The notes under the pieces: generated by a model
What the model was told of the DNA's origin: nothing
The model's database searches: none
The model's input: only the letters and a program-made list of their open reading frames with translations
Position numbers and translations under genes: made by a program
Shown: one piece after another, positions 26,176 through 36,493 of the stretch
Layout: each line of letters starts with the position of its first letter
Position numbering within the stretch: the stretch's first letter is position 1
Assembly: GCA_963666285.1 (NCBI GenBank)
Contig: OY762711.1
From: Sedimentisphaerales bacterium
GTDB lineage: Bacteria; Planctomycetota; Phycisphaerae; Sedimentisphaerales; SM23-30
Length of the DNA stretch: 64,000 nt
Strand: one strand, 5' to 3'

Positions 26176-27483
26176 ATGAATAATAGATATATTAACAGGC
26201 GGGAGCTTCTGAAGCTTGGTGCAGTTGGTGTCGGTACCCTGGCACTGGGTGGTATGGGCAGCACAACTTACGGCGAACCGTTGAAGGCTAAAGCCAAGTC
26301 AGTTATCCAGATCTGGATGTGGGGCGGACCGTCGCATCTGGATACTTTTGACCCGAAACCTGATGCGGGACAGGATTATCATGGGCCGCTGGATAAGCCG
26401 ATCGAAACAAATGTAAGCGGGATGCGTATTTGTCAGCTATTGCCGGAACTGGCCAGGCATGCCGACAAATACTCTATTATCCGCAGTATGACCCATGGCG
26501 TAAACGGACATGAAACAGCTTCATACCTGACCCAGACCGGACGCGAGCCGGGCAGGCTTGTATACCCATCAGTAGGTGCGGTAGTTTCAAAGTTTAAAGG
26601 TTACGATGCCGGTTATAAAGGCATTGCCCCGCCATATGTTGTGTTGACCAAACCGCAGGGCCGATTTTCCGAAAGCGGTTTCCTGGGCCAGAAGTACAAG
26701 CCGTTTTCTACCGGCGGTGACCCGAACCAGGAAGTATTTGCCGTGGAAGGACTGGTTGCCAAGGGAATAACAGACAAACGCCAGAAGAAACGTCGCGAAC
26801 TGCTTAACAGCCTTGACACACTTGGCAGCGTAATGGAAGGTAACCAGGAGTTTGCCGGAGCAGACAAGTGTGAAGAGGACGCATACGAGATGATGTTTGG
26901 CGAAGGCAGGCAGTTGTTTGACCTGAAGAACGAGAAAGATGATTTGCGAGATAAATACGGCAGAAACACTTTCGGTCAGTCTTGCCTGATGGCGAGGAGA
27001 CTGGTAGAAGCAGGTGTGCCTTATGTAACGATCAACTATAACGGCTGGGACACACACAAGCAGCATTTTGAGATTATGAATCGCAAGCTGCCGGAGATGG
27101 ACCAGGCAATGGCCGCCCTGCTGGAAGATTTGAGCTCCCGAGGTCTGCTGGACAGTACTATTGTATGGTGGTCAGGCGAGTTTGGCCGAACGCCGAAGAT
27201 ATTATGGAATGCACCATGGAATGGCGGCCGTGGTCATTACGGCAACTGCTTTAATGCACTGGTAGCAGGCGGCGGTTTCAAAGGCGGTCAGGTTGTAGGC
27301 GAATCTGACGACAAGGGGACATTTGTCAAAGACAGGCCGGTATATCCACAAGATCTGATCGCATCGATGTATACTCTGCTGGGTATCGATCCGTATGGGC
27401 AACTACCAAACCCGAAGGGTATGGAAGCATATGTGCTGCCGAAAGATGGAAAAAGCGGCGGTATCTTGAAGGAAATAATTTAG
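26176..27483 (+). CDS. DUF1501 family protein with Tat signal
   Basis: NRRELLKLG, GGPSHLDTFDPKP, FGQSCLMARRLVEAGV, WDTH, GEFGRTP. The ORF-track start at 26101 lies inside a repeat, so ATG 26176 is preferred. Confidence 0.93.
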   Translation: MNNRYINRRELLKLGAVGVGTLALGGMGSTTYGEPLKAKAKSVIQIWMWGGPSHLDTFDPKPDAGQDYHGPLDKPIETNVSGMRICQLLPELARHADKYSIIRSMTHGVNGHETASYLTQTGREPGRLVYPSVGAVVSKFKGYDAGYKGIAPPYVVLTKPQGRFSESGFLGQKYKPFSTGGDPNQEVFAVEGLVAKGITDKRQKKRRELLNSLDTLGSVMEGNQEFAGADKCEEDAYEMMFGEGRQLFDLKNEKDDLRDKYGRNTFGQSCLMARRLVEAGVPYVTINYNGWDTHKQHFEIMNRKLPEMDQAMAALLEDLSSRGLLDSTIVWWSGEFGRTPKILWNAPWNGGRGHYGNCFNALVAGGGFKGGQVVGESDDKGTFVKDRPVYPQDLIASMYTLLGIDPYGQLPNPKGMEAYVLPKDGKSGGILKEII

Positions 27484-27504
27484 CTTGCTGCTAAGCCGCA
27501 AGCC

Positions 27505-27580
27505 AGAGTGAAGAGAAGAACTATAAGTGAAGAGTTAAGGTGTCCCGATGAGCATCGGGACCTTATTTTAAAAGCTGACG
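27505..27580 (+). repeat. Heptamer-run + AGTTAAGGTGT + hairpin element
   Basis: agagttaaggt followed by the palindrome gtcccgatg-ag-catcgggac (27542-27561). Confidence 0.7.
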
Positions 27581-27642
27581 TGAGATGGAAATTTGATTGA
27601 TAATTGAATTATCGGATAAATCCATTTGGAAGGATATACATC

Positions 27643-30057
27643 ATGTTGAAAAAGATAATATTATTAACATTCGTTCTGGTAATTGGCAATTACGCTATGG
27701 CACAGTCAGCCGACAGAAAAGTTAATGTCGGTTATGTCTACCCGGCCGGTGGTCAGCAGGGAACAACTCTTACTGCTATTGCCGGCGGACAGTATCTGCG
27801 AGGGACAAGCGAGGTACTGGTCAGCGGCGAAGGTGTAACAGTAAAGGCAACAATCTTCGGCAAGCCAGTGCGAAGTATCAATGGCGAAAAGCGTCAGCTG
27901 CTTATCAAGAAATTTAACGACCTGCGAAAGAAACGTATTGCTGAGTTTACCGGTAAAGAACCGGAATCAGATAAAAATGATAAAAGATACGAAGCAGTTT
28001 TGAAGAAAATGGAAAAGGAGCTAAGCGAACCAGGGCTTACAGAAAAAGAACGCAAAAAGATCGAAGAATATTATACCGTCCCGGAACATCCTTATTTGGA
28101 AGGGATAGAAGATATGAGTCTGCGCGAGCTGGAGCATATCCGGTCGATAGTGACATTTCCAAGAGAAAAGACCCAGGATAACCGCCAGATCGGCGAGTTC
28201 ATGCAGCTGGAAATACAAATAGATAAAGACGCCAAACCCGGTCCAAGAGAGATGCGATTTGTTACGAGCACAAGTATAAGCGACCCGATAATCTTCCAGG
28301 TTGACACTTTCCAGGAGGTAAAGGAACTGGAGCCAAACAATAAAACCGCGATCCCTGAAAAGATTGGTAAGACTCCCCTGCCGCCAATGGCAGCCGTTAA
28401 ACTACCGGCGGTTTTGAACGGTCAGATTATGCCGGGCGATATCGACAGATTCAGATTCAAAGCGGAGAAAGGTCAGAAGCTGGTAATTGAAGCTTATGCA
28501 CGAACTTTGATACCATACCTGGCAGATGCCGTGCCGGGCTGGTTCCAGGCGACCCTGGCATTATACGATGCAAAAGGGAAAGAGGTAGCATATACCGATG
28601 ACTTTATGTTTAACCCTGACCCGGTGCTGATGTTCGAGGTACCATATAGCGGCGAATATGAGCTGGAGATCCACGACTCAATCTACCGCGGTCGTGAAGA
28701 TTTTGTTTACAGAGTAAAGGTTGGTGAACAGCCGTTCATTACCAGCATATTTCCTTTGGGAGCAGAAGAAGGCAAGCAGGCAGAAGCGGTAGTTCATGGC
28801 TGGAATTTGCCGGTAGAAAAGATTGCACTTGATACAAGTATTGCAGACGGCCAGATCAAACATATATGCTGCAATAGAGAAAATGAGTTTTCAAACTGTA
28901 TGAGCTATTGTGTGAGCGATATGCCGGAAGTGTTTGAAAAAGGATCTAACAACAGCCAGGATAAAGCTGAGCAGGTCAGTATGCCGGTGATAGTAAACGG
29001 CAGAATTGAAGAAAGCGGAGATAGAGATGTGTTCCGGTTTAACGGTAAGGCCGGGGAAAAGATAGCATTCGAAGTTATGGGCAGACGCTTAAACTCGCCG
29101 ATTGATTCGATCATTAAACTAACAGATAAAGAAGGTAAGATTATCGCGGTAAATGATGACTATGTCGAAAAGGATCAGCACCTGTACCTTGATGCAACCG
29201 GACTGACAACACACCATGCTGATTCTATTATGACAGCAGAACTGCCGACTGATGGTCAATATTATATAGAAATCGCTGACAGCCAGAATAAAGGCGGGAT
29301 AGATTACGGCTATCGCCTGCGTATATCAGAGCCGCGACCTGACTTTAGCCTGCGAACGAATATTTCATCGGCCAGGGTAGATGCCGGCGGTATTGCCGCC
29401 TTTACAGTGTATGCGATGCGAAAAGACGGATTCGACGGTGAGATTAATATCGAGCTAAAAAGCCCCAAGCAGGGTTTCCAGCTTACCGGCGGAGTAATCC
29501 CGGCAGGCTGTGACAAAGTATGTGTTACTATGAGTACCCCCCAAATGAGGCCGACACAAATATATAATCCCGAACTTATCGGCTGGGCAAAGGTCGAAGA
29601 CAAAATGGTGATCAGGCAGGTTATGCCAGCGGATGATTCGATGCAGGCATTCTTATATCGCCACCTGGTACCGGCAGAAGATTTTACGTTGCAGGTTATC
29701 AAGAGGAAATGGCCGATACCACCGGTTGAGATACTGGATACGCCAATCGAACTGACGCCAGGCGAAAGTAAAGTTGTGATAGCAAAAACCCAGAAAAGAG
29801 CGGTGCTGGATGAGATCAAACTACAGCTGCGTGAGAACCCGGACGGGTTGACGATAAGCGATGTGAAAGTTGTCAAACAGGGTTTGGCATTTAAGCTGAC
29901 AGCAGATGCGGACGAAATGAAAGACGGTTTTCAGGGCAACCTGCTGATCGAAGGGATACGAGAATATTATCCGAAAGATAAGGATGGTAAAGCTGCCAAA
30001 ACAGCTAAAACATATTCGATGGGTTATCTGCCGGCAGTACCGGTTAGAGTGAAATAA
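27643..30057 (+). CDS. Secreted PPC-domain (pre-peptidase C-terminal) planctomycete protein
   Basis: Signal peptide, VYPAGGQQG, ELEPNN, two NGxI...GDxDxFRF repeats. Confidence 0.85.
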   Translation: MLKKIILLTFVLVIGNYAMAQSADRKVNVGYVYPAGGQQGTTLTAIAGGQYLRGTSEVLVSGEGVTVKATIFGKPVRSINGEKRQLLIKKFNDLRKKRIAEFTGKEPESDKNDKRYEAVLKKMEKELSEPGLTEKERKKIEEYYTVPEHPYLEGIEDMSLRELEHIRSIVTFPREKTQDNRQIGEFMQLEIQIDKDAKPGPREMRFVTSTSISDPIIFQVDTFQEVKELEPNNKTAIPEKIGKTPLPPMAAVKLPAVLNGQIMPGDIDRFRFKAEKGQKLVIEAYARTLIPYLADAVPGWFQATLALYDAKGKEVAYTDDFMFNPDPVLMFEVPYSGEYELEIHDSIYRGREDFVYRVKVGEQPFITSIFPLGAEEGKQAEAVVHGWNLPVEKIALDTSIADGQIKHICCNRENEFSNCMSYCVSDMPEVFEKGSNNSQDKAEQVSMPVIVNGRIEESGDRDVFRFNGKAGEKIAFEVMGRRLNSPIDSIIKLTDKEGKIIAVNDDYVEKDQHLYLDATGLTTHHADSIMTAELPTDGQYYIEIADSQNKGGIDYGYRLRISEPRPDFSLRTNISSARVDAGGIAAFTVYAMRKDGFDGEINIELKSPKQGFQLTGGVIPAGCDKVCVTMSTPQMRPTQIYNPELIGWAKVEDKMVIRQVMPADDSMQAFLYRHLVPAEDFTLQVIKRKWPIPPVEILDTPIELTPGESKVVIAKTQKRAVLDEIKLQLRENPDGLTISDVKVVKQGLAFKLTADADEMKDGFQGNLLIEGIREYYPKDKDGKAAKTAKTYSMGYLPAVPVRVK

Positions 30058-30134
30058 TTCAAACAAACCTACAGTCAGTTTGAATTAAGTTAAGAGTTAA
30101 GGTGTCGCTGCGCGATCTTATTTCGAAGCCGGCA
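30058..30134 (+). repeat. TCAAACTGACC-family palindrome (copy 5) joined to an AGTTAAGGTGT element
   Basis: ttcaaacaaacc-tac-agtcagtttgaa, then aagagttaaggtgtcgctgcgcgatcttattt. Confidence 0.6.
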
Positions 30135-30178
30135 TATGGCGGAACTGTAATTGAATTGTCAGTTCCTTTTGCAAAAAA

Positions 30179-30769
30179 TTATTTTTTTGTTTCAAAAACG
30201 GCTTCGATTTTTTCTTTTATGACTTCCCATATTTCCGGGTGAATATTAGCAATTTTACAGTTTACGTCCAGTACCTGCTCGAGCGGGATATTATGGTGGG
30301 TCCAGGTCTGGTATTTGTCATTGTGCAGGTTTTGCATAACCGGCATGAGCCGATCAACAGCCTTGGCGTAGTTGGCCTCGGCGGTTTCCATGGCTTCGAA
30401 TTCCTGCCAGAGTGCCATATATTCGGAGCCGATAGCATCGGGCAGCATGCCGAAAAGACGCTCGGCAGCCTTTAGCTCGTTTTCGTAATCTTCGTGGCTC
30501 TGGGAATATATCATTTTATCACCGGCATCAACCTCGACGATGTCATGCACAAGCAGCATCTTTACAACCTTGTTGGCATCGATAGGCTGCCTGGAATAAG
30601 GGGCGAGGGTAAGAGCCAGTAAGGCAACCTGCCAGCTGTGCTCGGCGGAGTTTTCCTGGCGGTCGAGATTGACCGGTCGGCTCTGGCGAAAAACATTCTT
30701 TAATTGTTCGATTTCGATCATGAAAGACATGACCTGAAGGAAGTCTGATTTTATATTATTATTTTCCAT
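30179..30769 (-). CDS. HD-domain phosphohydrolase (HD_3/YfbR-like)
   Basis: RQENSAEHSW, LLVHDIVEVDAGD, AKAVDRLMP. Confidence 0.92.
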   Translation of the reverse strand: MENNNIKSDFLQVMSFMIEIEQLKNVFRQSRPVNLDRQENSAEHSWQVALLALTLAPYSRQPIDANKVVKMLLVHDIVEVDAGDKMIYSQSHEDYENELKAAERLFGMLPDAIGSEYMALWQEFEAMETAEANYAKAVDRLMPVMQNLHNDKYQTWTHHNIPLEQVLDVNCKIANIHPEIWEVIKEKIEAVFETKK

Positions 30770-30840
30770 AGTTATATATTTTATATAGCCAGGAAGGGAT
30801 TGTCAAAGAGCTTAAAGTCCTATCGCAACTTGAGAGATGT

Positions 30841-31065
30841 TTACTTTTTTTTCTTTTCACTACCAGCGTTCATAACGCGTTCGATATCTTCGGCGGACAT
30901 GCCCTTGTCAAGCATAGACTGCTTCAGTTCATTATCTGATCTATCTTTAACGGTTTTATGCCAAAAAGTAGCGATAATAGCAACAATCGGAATGATCATG
31001 GCAAAAACCGGAATGCAAAAAGGGGAAGAAAATATTGCATGAATCGCATTTACAAAATCATTCAT
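30841..31065 (-). CDS. Small membrane protein
   Basis: One TM helix then ELKQSMLDKGMSAEDIERV; GGAG RBS. Confidence 0.7.
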   Translation of the reverse strand: MNDFVNAIHAIFSSPFCIPVFAMIIPIVAIIATFWHKTVKDRSDNELKQSMLDKGMSAEDIERVMNAGSEKKKK

Positions 31066-31390
31066 TTTTATAACTCCAAGTATTATAGCCAGTTACATGG
31101 CTACAGCAATAAGTAAGAAGAAACAAGTAATAAGCTAAGGTATCGCCACAGGCGAACTATATTAAAGCTTTGCATACATAGGTTTATACCTAAAAATCAC
31201 ACCTGAGAAAGCTAACAAACTTGTTATTAAACACATATATTAACATAATCGAAAGGGAAGAGAAAATATTTCAAAAAAAGGATAATTCATGACTAAGCTA
31301 ACTAATAAAGATCAATGCAAAGCATAAAACATTAGTAGAAAACCCACTCAATAACACTACAACCATTTTAGTTATTCAATTATACCTCAA

Positions 31391-31591
31391 CTATCCCTTC
31401 TTAATCCACTTATGACGCCAGGAGTTACGGACTTTGTCGTTCATGTGGACACCCATTTTTTTGGTACTGGCAGGAAAATCGAGTTTTTCCATGGTTTCAG
31501 AATCAGCTTTCTGGCGTTTTGAAGTAAAGAATGCCATGAAAGCTGAGACAATTGGTAAAATAATGTGTCTTTTAATCGACATAATAAACAA
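31391..31591 (-). CDS. Small basic hypothetical protein
   Basis: Co-oriented directly downstream of 31613-32200; the true start may be MSIKR at 31582. Confidence 0.5.
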   Translation of the reverse strand: MFIMSIKRHIILPIVSAFMAFFTSKRQKADSETMEKLDFPASTKKMGVHMNDKVRNSWRHKWIKKG

Positions 31592-31612
31592 GCAGCAATA
31601 TGCCGCCTTACA

Positions 31613-32200
31613 TTACATAGCACGCTGAATTTCACAGGTAGTAGTTTTAACCAGTTCGTCGAAAGATCGAGCCGGGATAGCAGAAGCCGGTTTAAGCTGT
31701 ACACTTTCGAGAGCGGAGAAGTCAGAAGCATAGAAGCGTTCAACCTGGCTAATGCCGGCATCAACCGGGCCATTGCCGCGATACCCGCTGGCGATCATCC
31801 AGCAGCCGATCTCATTTTCATATTCGGCGGGATAGACCATCGCGATAATATCCTGTCCTTCTGAGTCCCGGGTAAGCTGGAGTTTGACGTTGCATGGCGG
31901 GTTCTGTTCAGAACCAAAGCTTGCGAGTTTATCGAAATCGGCCTTTGCAGATTCTTCGGTCAGGCAATGGAAAAACATACCAGACTCGAGGCGGAACCGG
32001 TCATTGGTAATGCCCTGCAGTTCAAGTGAACCGTCCGGGGCAGCGCCGGTAATTTTGAAAACCTTTACATCGGCATACTTTTCAGATTCCAGTAATGCGG
32101 CAACTTCGATACCGGTATAGCCGGTTGCGGAATGACCACCAAAATCTATGACATACAGACCAACATATTTATCGCTATTATTTAATTGAGGAAGTTTCAT
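31613..32200 (-). CDS. Conserved hypothetical protein
   Basis: 195-aa ORF with AAGG RBS, co-oriented with tyrS. Confidence 0.75.
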   Translation of the reverse strand: MKLPQLNNSDKYVGLYVIDFGGHSATGYTGIEVAALLESEKYADVKVFKITGAAPDGSLELQGITNDRFRLESGMFFHCLTEESAKADFDKLASFGSEQNPPCNVKLQLTRDSEGQDIIAMVYPAEYENEIGCWMIASGYRGNGPVDAGISQVERFYASDFSALESVQLKPASAIPARSFDELVKTTTCEIQRAM

Positions 32201-32250
32201 ATTTTTACCTTTATCGTTATATCCAATTTTATAATACCCACATACCTCTA

Positions 32251-33558
32251 TTATGAAAACCTAACCAGGTTGTATTTCTTTTTGCCGCTACGAAGAACAA
32301 TAACAGTTTCAGAGGCAAGATGTTCGGTTTTGACAATCATGCCCATATCCGAAACTTTGTTGTTATTAATATAAGCACCACCGTTTTTGATGAGTTTCTT
32401 CGCTTCGCCCTTGGAAGGCAGCAAGCCGGACTCAACAAGCAGGTCAAGTACATTGATACCTTCGGTGAGTCTATCTTTACTCATTGAAGCGCTGGGCACA
32501 TCGGCAAAAATAGATGTCAGTTCGGCATCATTCAGACCTGAAATCTCGCAGCCAAACAGTATATTGGTCGCTTTCTGAACAAGTTCCAGCTGGTCTTTGC
32601 CATGGACAAGTTCAGTAACATATTCGGCGAGCACTTTCTGGGCCTGACGTTTTTCCGGTTCGGTTTCGACCAGTTTCGCCAGCTCAGCAATTTCTTCCAT
32701 CGGCATAAACGTAAACCGCTTGAGCAGGTTAACGACATCGCGGTCATCTACCCGCATCCAGTATTGATAGAAGTCATACGGACGTGTCATCTCTCCGTCA
32801 AGCCAGATGGTACCGGCTTCTGTTTTACCGAATTTCTGACCGCTAGCAGTAGTAAGCAGCGGCGAGGTCATACCAAAAACACCGTCACCGGTAACTTTAC
32901 GGGTAAGATCGATACCAGCGGTAATGTTGCCCCACTGATCGTCGCCCCCTACCTGAAGAATACAGTTTTTGTCACGGTAAAGATGCAGGAAATCGTAGCC
33001 CTGCAAGAGCTGGTAGCTGAACTCGGTATAGCTCATGCCTGCTTCACTGTTAAGGCGTTTGCGAACTGATTCCTTACCCATCATTTCACCAACCCTGAAG
33101 TTTTTACCTACATCGCGTAAAAATTCGATAAAAGAAAATTTACCAATCCAGTCAAAATTATTAACCAGCTCGGCACTATTTGGACCACAATCAAAGTCAA
33201 GGAAATGGGCAAGCTGTTTTCTAATGCCAACCAGATTATCTTCAATAACTTCTTCGGTTAATAACACTCGTTCCTGGCTTTTGCCGGACGGGTCACCAAT
33301 CATAGCAGTAGCGCCACCGACAAGAGCTAACGGTTTGTGGCCAAAACGCTGATATTGAGCGAGCAGCATGATCTGAAGCAGGTTGCCAATATGAAGACTT
33401 TTGGCAGTGGGATCGAATCCTGCGTATAAAGTAACACATGAATCTGTGAGTTTCTTTTCAATTTCCGGAGAAGAAAGCTGGCTGACAAATCCCCTGTCTG
33501 TCAATTCGGTAATTACGTTTTGAATGCTCAAGTCTATGTCCTCTTTGAAGTTATACAC
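32251..33558 (-). CDS. tyrS: Tyrosine--tRNA ligase
   Basis: YAGFDPTAKSLHIGN (HIGH), GGDDQWGNI, KFGKT (KMSKS), C-terminal S4 domain. True start is probably TTG 33531 after GAGGA. Confidence 0.98.
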   Translation of the reverse strand: MYNFKEDIDLSIQNVITELTDRGFVSQLSSPEIEKKLTDSCVTLYAGFDPTAKSLHIGNLLQIMLLAQYQRFGHKPLALVGGATAMIGDPSGKSQERVLLTEEVIEDNLVGIRKQLAHFLDFDCGPNSAELVNNFDWIGKFSFIEFLRDVGKNFRVGEMMGKESVRKRLNSEAGMSYTEFSYQLLQGYDFLHLYRDKNCILQVGGDDQWGNITAGIDLTRKVTGDGVFGMTSPLLTTASGQKFGKTEAGTIWLDGEMTRPYDFYQYWMRVDDRDVVNLLKRFTFMPMEEIAELAKLVETEPEKRQAQKVLAEYVTELVHGKDQLELVQKATNILFGCEISGLNDAELTSIFADVPSASMSKDRLTEGINVLDLLVESGLLPSKGEAKKLIKNGGAYINNNKVSDMGMIVKTEHLASETVIVLRSGKKKYNLVRFS

Positions 33559-34086
33559 AATCTAAGCAAACTAATACTGTTATCGTATTTTCACTTAAGA
33601 TTTTAATACAAAACTAACATATAAGTAATTGTATTCTAACACTTTATATTAATATTAAACGTAAGAATACAGATGCATCATTATACCAAGGAAAATAACA
33701 GATTTCAAGAACGGTTATATGATATACAAATATTTCAACAATCAATAACGATTAGATTACTTACTAAAACAAAGGTACTTATAGCATTTCCATATTCTAA
33801 TAACAGAGTTTAATATATTATTTTGACCATAATATAACAAAGTAATAATAAAAAATTAAAATAGTTATGTGAAAATTTAGAAATAGTAACAGGCATTTCA
33901 GCTATTTAGAGCCGGGTTTTGACACTTTTTTAATTTATACCTCACTGCGTTCTAGTTCCATAAATACGGCATTTTTATTCACTTAAGCTCAAAATATGTC
34001 AAGTTTGGCAAAAATAATAAAATTTTTTTATATTTTTCTCTCGCCATAACCATCATAATATATTATTATTTCTCTTGTTGAAGCAC

Positions 34087-34116
34087 TTGACGCAGATATC
34101 TTTTATAAGATATAAT
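34087..34116 (+). promoter_or_regulatory. Sigma70-type promoter with no downstream ORF
   Basis: TTGACG (34087-34092), 18 bp, TATAAT (34111-34116). Confidence 0.65.
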
Positions 34117-34121
34117 TAAGT

Positions 34122-34306
34122 GAAAGAAACAACAGAGCAAAAGTTCTGATTTCATTGACAACTAAAGAAGACACTCAATTTTGGCTGGTGTGGTTTTGTC
34201 TTTTTTTTTCCCTTCTGAATCCCGACCATAACATCATAAGGGCAGGATCACGCCGGCTTATTTTAAGCTATAAGAAAGCCAGTTCTGAAAAGAGCTGGCT
34301 TTTTTT
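34122..34306 (+). ncRNA. Candidate stand-alone small RNA (~185 nt)
   Basis: Lies between a promoter and an intrinsic terminator; 21-bp stem 34183-34203/34238-34258 with 8 G-U pairs; pyrimidine-rich loop. Confidence 0.65.
34275..34306 (+). terminator. Intrinsic terminator
   Basis: aaagccagttct-gaaa-agagctggcttt plus a T run. Confidence 0.85.
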
Positions 34307-34514
34307 ATTTTAAATACTCCATCTAAAAAGATGGAAGCCCCCCTAAACCATCTCATAAACTCAAGGCAAACAGCCAGGTGTCTCAAGTAAAAAAAACTTT
34401 ACTATTTTGAGAAAAATACGGCGAAAGTTGCTGTCACAATAATGTACTTCACAGAATAAGAATCTAAATTACACAAACAGGTGTAAATATACAACATTTC
34501 TGCTACGTTTTTTG

Positions 34515-34583
34515 AAAAACTGACATATTACAGCCCTAAAATGTCAGTTTTTTCTTTGATGAGATAATAATACATCTTATAAT
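34515..34583 (+). promoter_or_regulatory. 12-bp inverted repeat next to the predicted iorA promoter
   Basis: aaaaactgacat (34515-34526) / atgtcagttttt (34541-34552); TTGATG (34556-34561), 16 bp, TATAAT (34578-34583). Confidence 0.45.
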
Positions 34584-34670
34584 GGAAAGTCTTGGAGTCA
34601 GCTGTATTTTTAATCTAAATACTTAAATAAGCAGAACTTAAACCAGCGACTATATATAGGAGACACTATT

Positions 34671-36416
34671 TTGGCAATATTGATGTCAGGTAATCAGGCA
34701 ATAGCCCGTGGGGCATACGAAGCAGGTATCAGCGTAGCCAGCGGTTATCCAGGTACCCCTTCAACGGAAATACTGGAAAACGTGGTACAATATAAAGATA
34801 CCCTGTATTGCGAATGGGCCCCGAACGAAAAGGTAGCATTCGAGGTAGCAGCTGCGGCGGCTATCAGTGGTGCACGATCAATGGTAACAATGAAACATGT
34901 CGGCCTGAATGTCGCAGCGGACCCGCTAATGACATTGGCATATACCGGCGTCGAAGGCGGCTTTGTAGCTATCGTGGCAGATGACCCCGGTATGCATTCC
35001 TCCCAGAACGAGCAGGACAGCCGTAATTACGCCATATTTGCCAAAATACCATTACTCGAACCATCAGACAGTCAGGAAGCAAAAGACTTTATCAAGCTGG
35101 CTATGGAGCTTTCAGAGGAATTCAAAACCCCAGTAATCCTGCGTACAAACACCCGTATCAGCCATTCAAGGACGCTGGTTGAGACAACCGAGCGGAGCGG
35201 AGAACGCAATGCAGATTTCCAGAAGGACCCGACAAGATGGGTACCAGTCCCATTATGGGCCCGAGAAATGCGTGTAAAGGTAGAAGAGCGTCTGGGAAAA
35301 CTCCGAGAAGCCGCGAATAAATCTAAAGCTAACCGTATCGAATGGCGTGACAAATCACTTGGTATCGTAGTAAGCTCAATTTCATACCAGTATGTGCGTG
35401 AAGTATGGCCGGAAGCATCAGTATTGAAACTTGGATTTTCATATCCATATCCGGACGACCTGATAAAAGAATTTTCAGCCGGAGTAGATAAATTACTGGT
35501 AGTCGAAGAGCTAGACAGTCTCATGGAAGAACACATCCGTTCAATCGGGATAGATTGCATCGGTCGAGATTTTATACCAGGCATAGGTGAACTATCTTCA
35601 GACAAACTACGTCAATGCCGAGCCAATATGGAAGGTCAGAAAGCTCCGGAATACCCAATCGGCGAATATGTATCAGAACTGCCTGCCAGGCCACCGGTCT
35701 TATGTCCGGGCTGCCCACATCGCGGTGTATTTTACGCATTAGGAAAACATGATGTAGTAGTCACCGGCGATATTGGCTGTTACAGCCTGGGCGCATTTAA
35801 ACCGCTGTCACGTCTTGACACTATTCTATGTATGGGCGGCGGAGTATCAATGGCACACGGTATGGACAAAGCCGGTGAAAAACGCAAAGTAGTAGGCATG
35901 GTCGGCGATTCGACCTTTTTCCACTCAGGTATAACCGGACTGCTGAATATCGCTTACAATAAGGGAAATTCAACCATATTTGTTGTGGATAACCGTACAA
36001 CAGCTATGACCGGACACCAGGAACACCCGGGAACAGGGCTAACCCTGCAGGGAGAGCCAACCGTGGAAGCATCGATAGAAGAAATCGGTAAAGCCTGCGG
36101 CATCAAGCGAGTTGTAACAATTGACCCATATGACATACCGACCACCATGGAAAAAATTTCAGCCGAGCTGGAAGCAGAAGAAGCATCACTAATAGTTTCA
36201 AGGGCGGCATGTCCGCTGCGTCATCGACCTGTAGTTGAGAAGGTATTCCAGGTTGACCAGGATGCATGCGTCAATTGCCGAATGTGTACAAAAATCGGAT
36301 GCCCAGCGATTGACGGCGGCAACGACAAACCCCAGATTAATGATGTGCTTTGTATCGCCTGCGGTATCTGCGAACAAATATGCCCGAAAAAATGCATCAA
36401 ACTCAGCGATAAATAA
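34671..36416 (+). CDS. iorA: Indolepyruvate:ferredoxin oxidoreductase alpha subunit
   Basis: GYPGTPSTEI, KHVGLNVAAD, HSSQNEQDSR, RPPVLCPGCPH, GDIGCY, GDSTFFHSG, C-terminal 2x[4Fe-4S] motifs. Confidence 0.96.
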   Translation: MAILMSGNQAIARGAYEAGISVASGYPGTPSTEILENVVQYKDTLYCEWAPNEKVAFEVAAAAAISGARSMVTMKHVGLNVAADPLMTLAYTGVEGGFVAIVADDPGMHSSQNEQDSRNYAIFAKIPLLEPSDSQEAKDFIKLAMELSEEFKTPVILRTNTRISHSRTLVETTERSGERNADFQKDPTRWVPVPLWAREMRVKVEERLGKLREAANKSKANRIEWRDKSLGIVVSSISYQYVREVWPEASVLKLGFSYPYPDDLIKEFSAGVDKLLVVEELDSLMEEHIRSIGIDCIGRDFIPGIGELSSDKLRQCRANMEGQKAPEYPIGEYVSELPARPPVLCPGCPHRGVFYALGKHDVVVTGDIGCYSLGAFKPLSRLDTILCMGGGVSMAHGMDKAGEKRKVVGMVGDSTFFHSGITGLLNIAYNKGNSTIFVVDNRTTAMTGHQEHPGTGLTLQGEPTVEASIEEIGKACGIKRVVTIDPYDIPTTMEKISAELEAEEASLIVSRAACPLRHRPVVEKVFQVDQDACVNCRMCTKIGCPAIDGGNDKPQINDVLCIACGICEQICPKKCIKLSDK

Positions 36417-36493
36417 GAAAATCAATCGTCAAAGTGCGGCATCGCACTTTTGACAGTTCAGCATTATACGCAAAGGCCGTAACAGGCCCAATT

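Noticed and set aside
33560..34080. T-box leader upstream of tyrS, or a replication origin in this AT-rich gap
   Set aside because: No T-box consensus or antiterminator and no cluster of DnaA boxes is visible.
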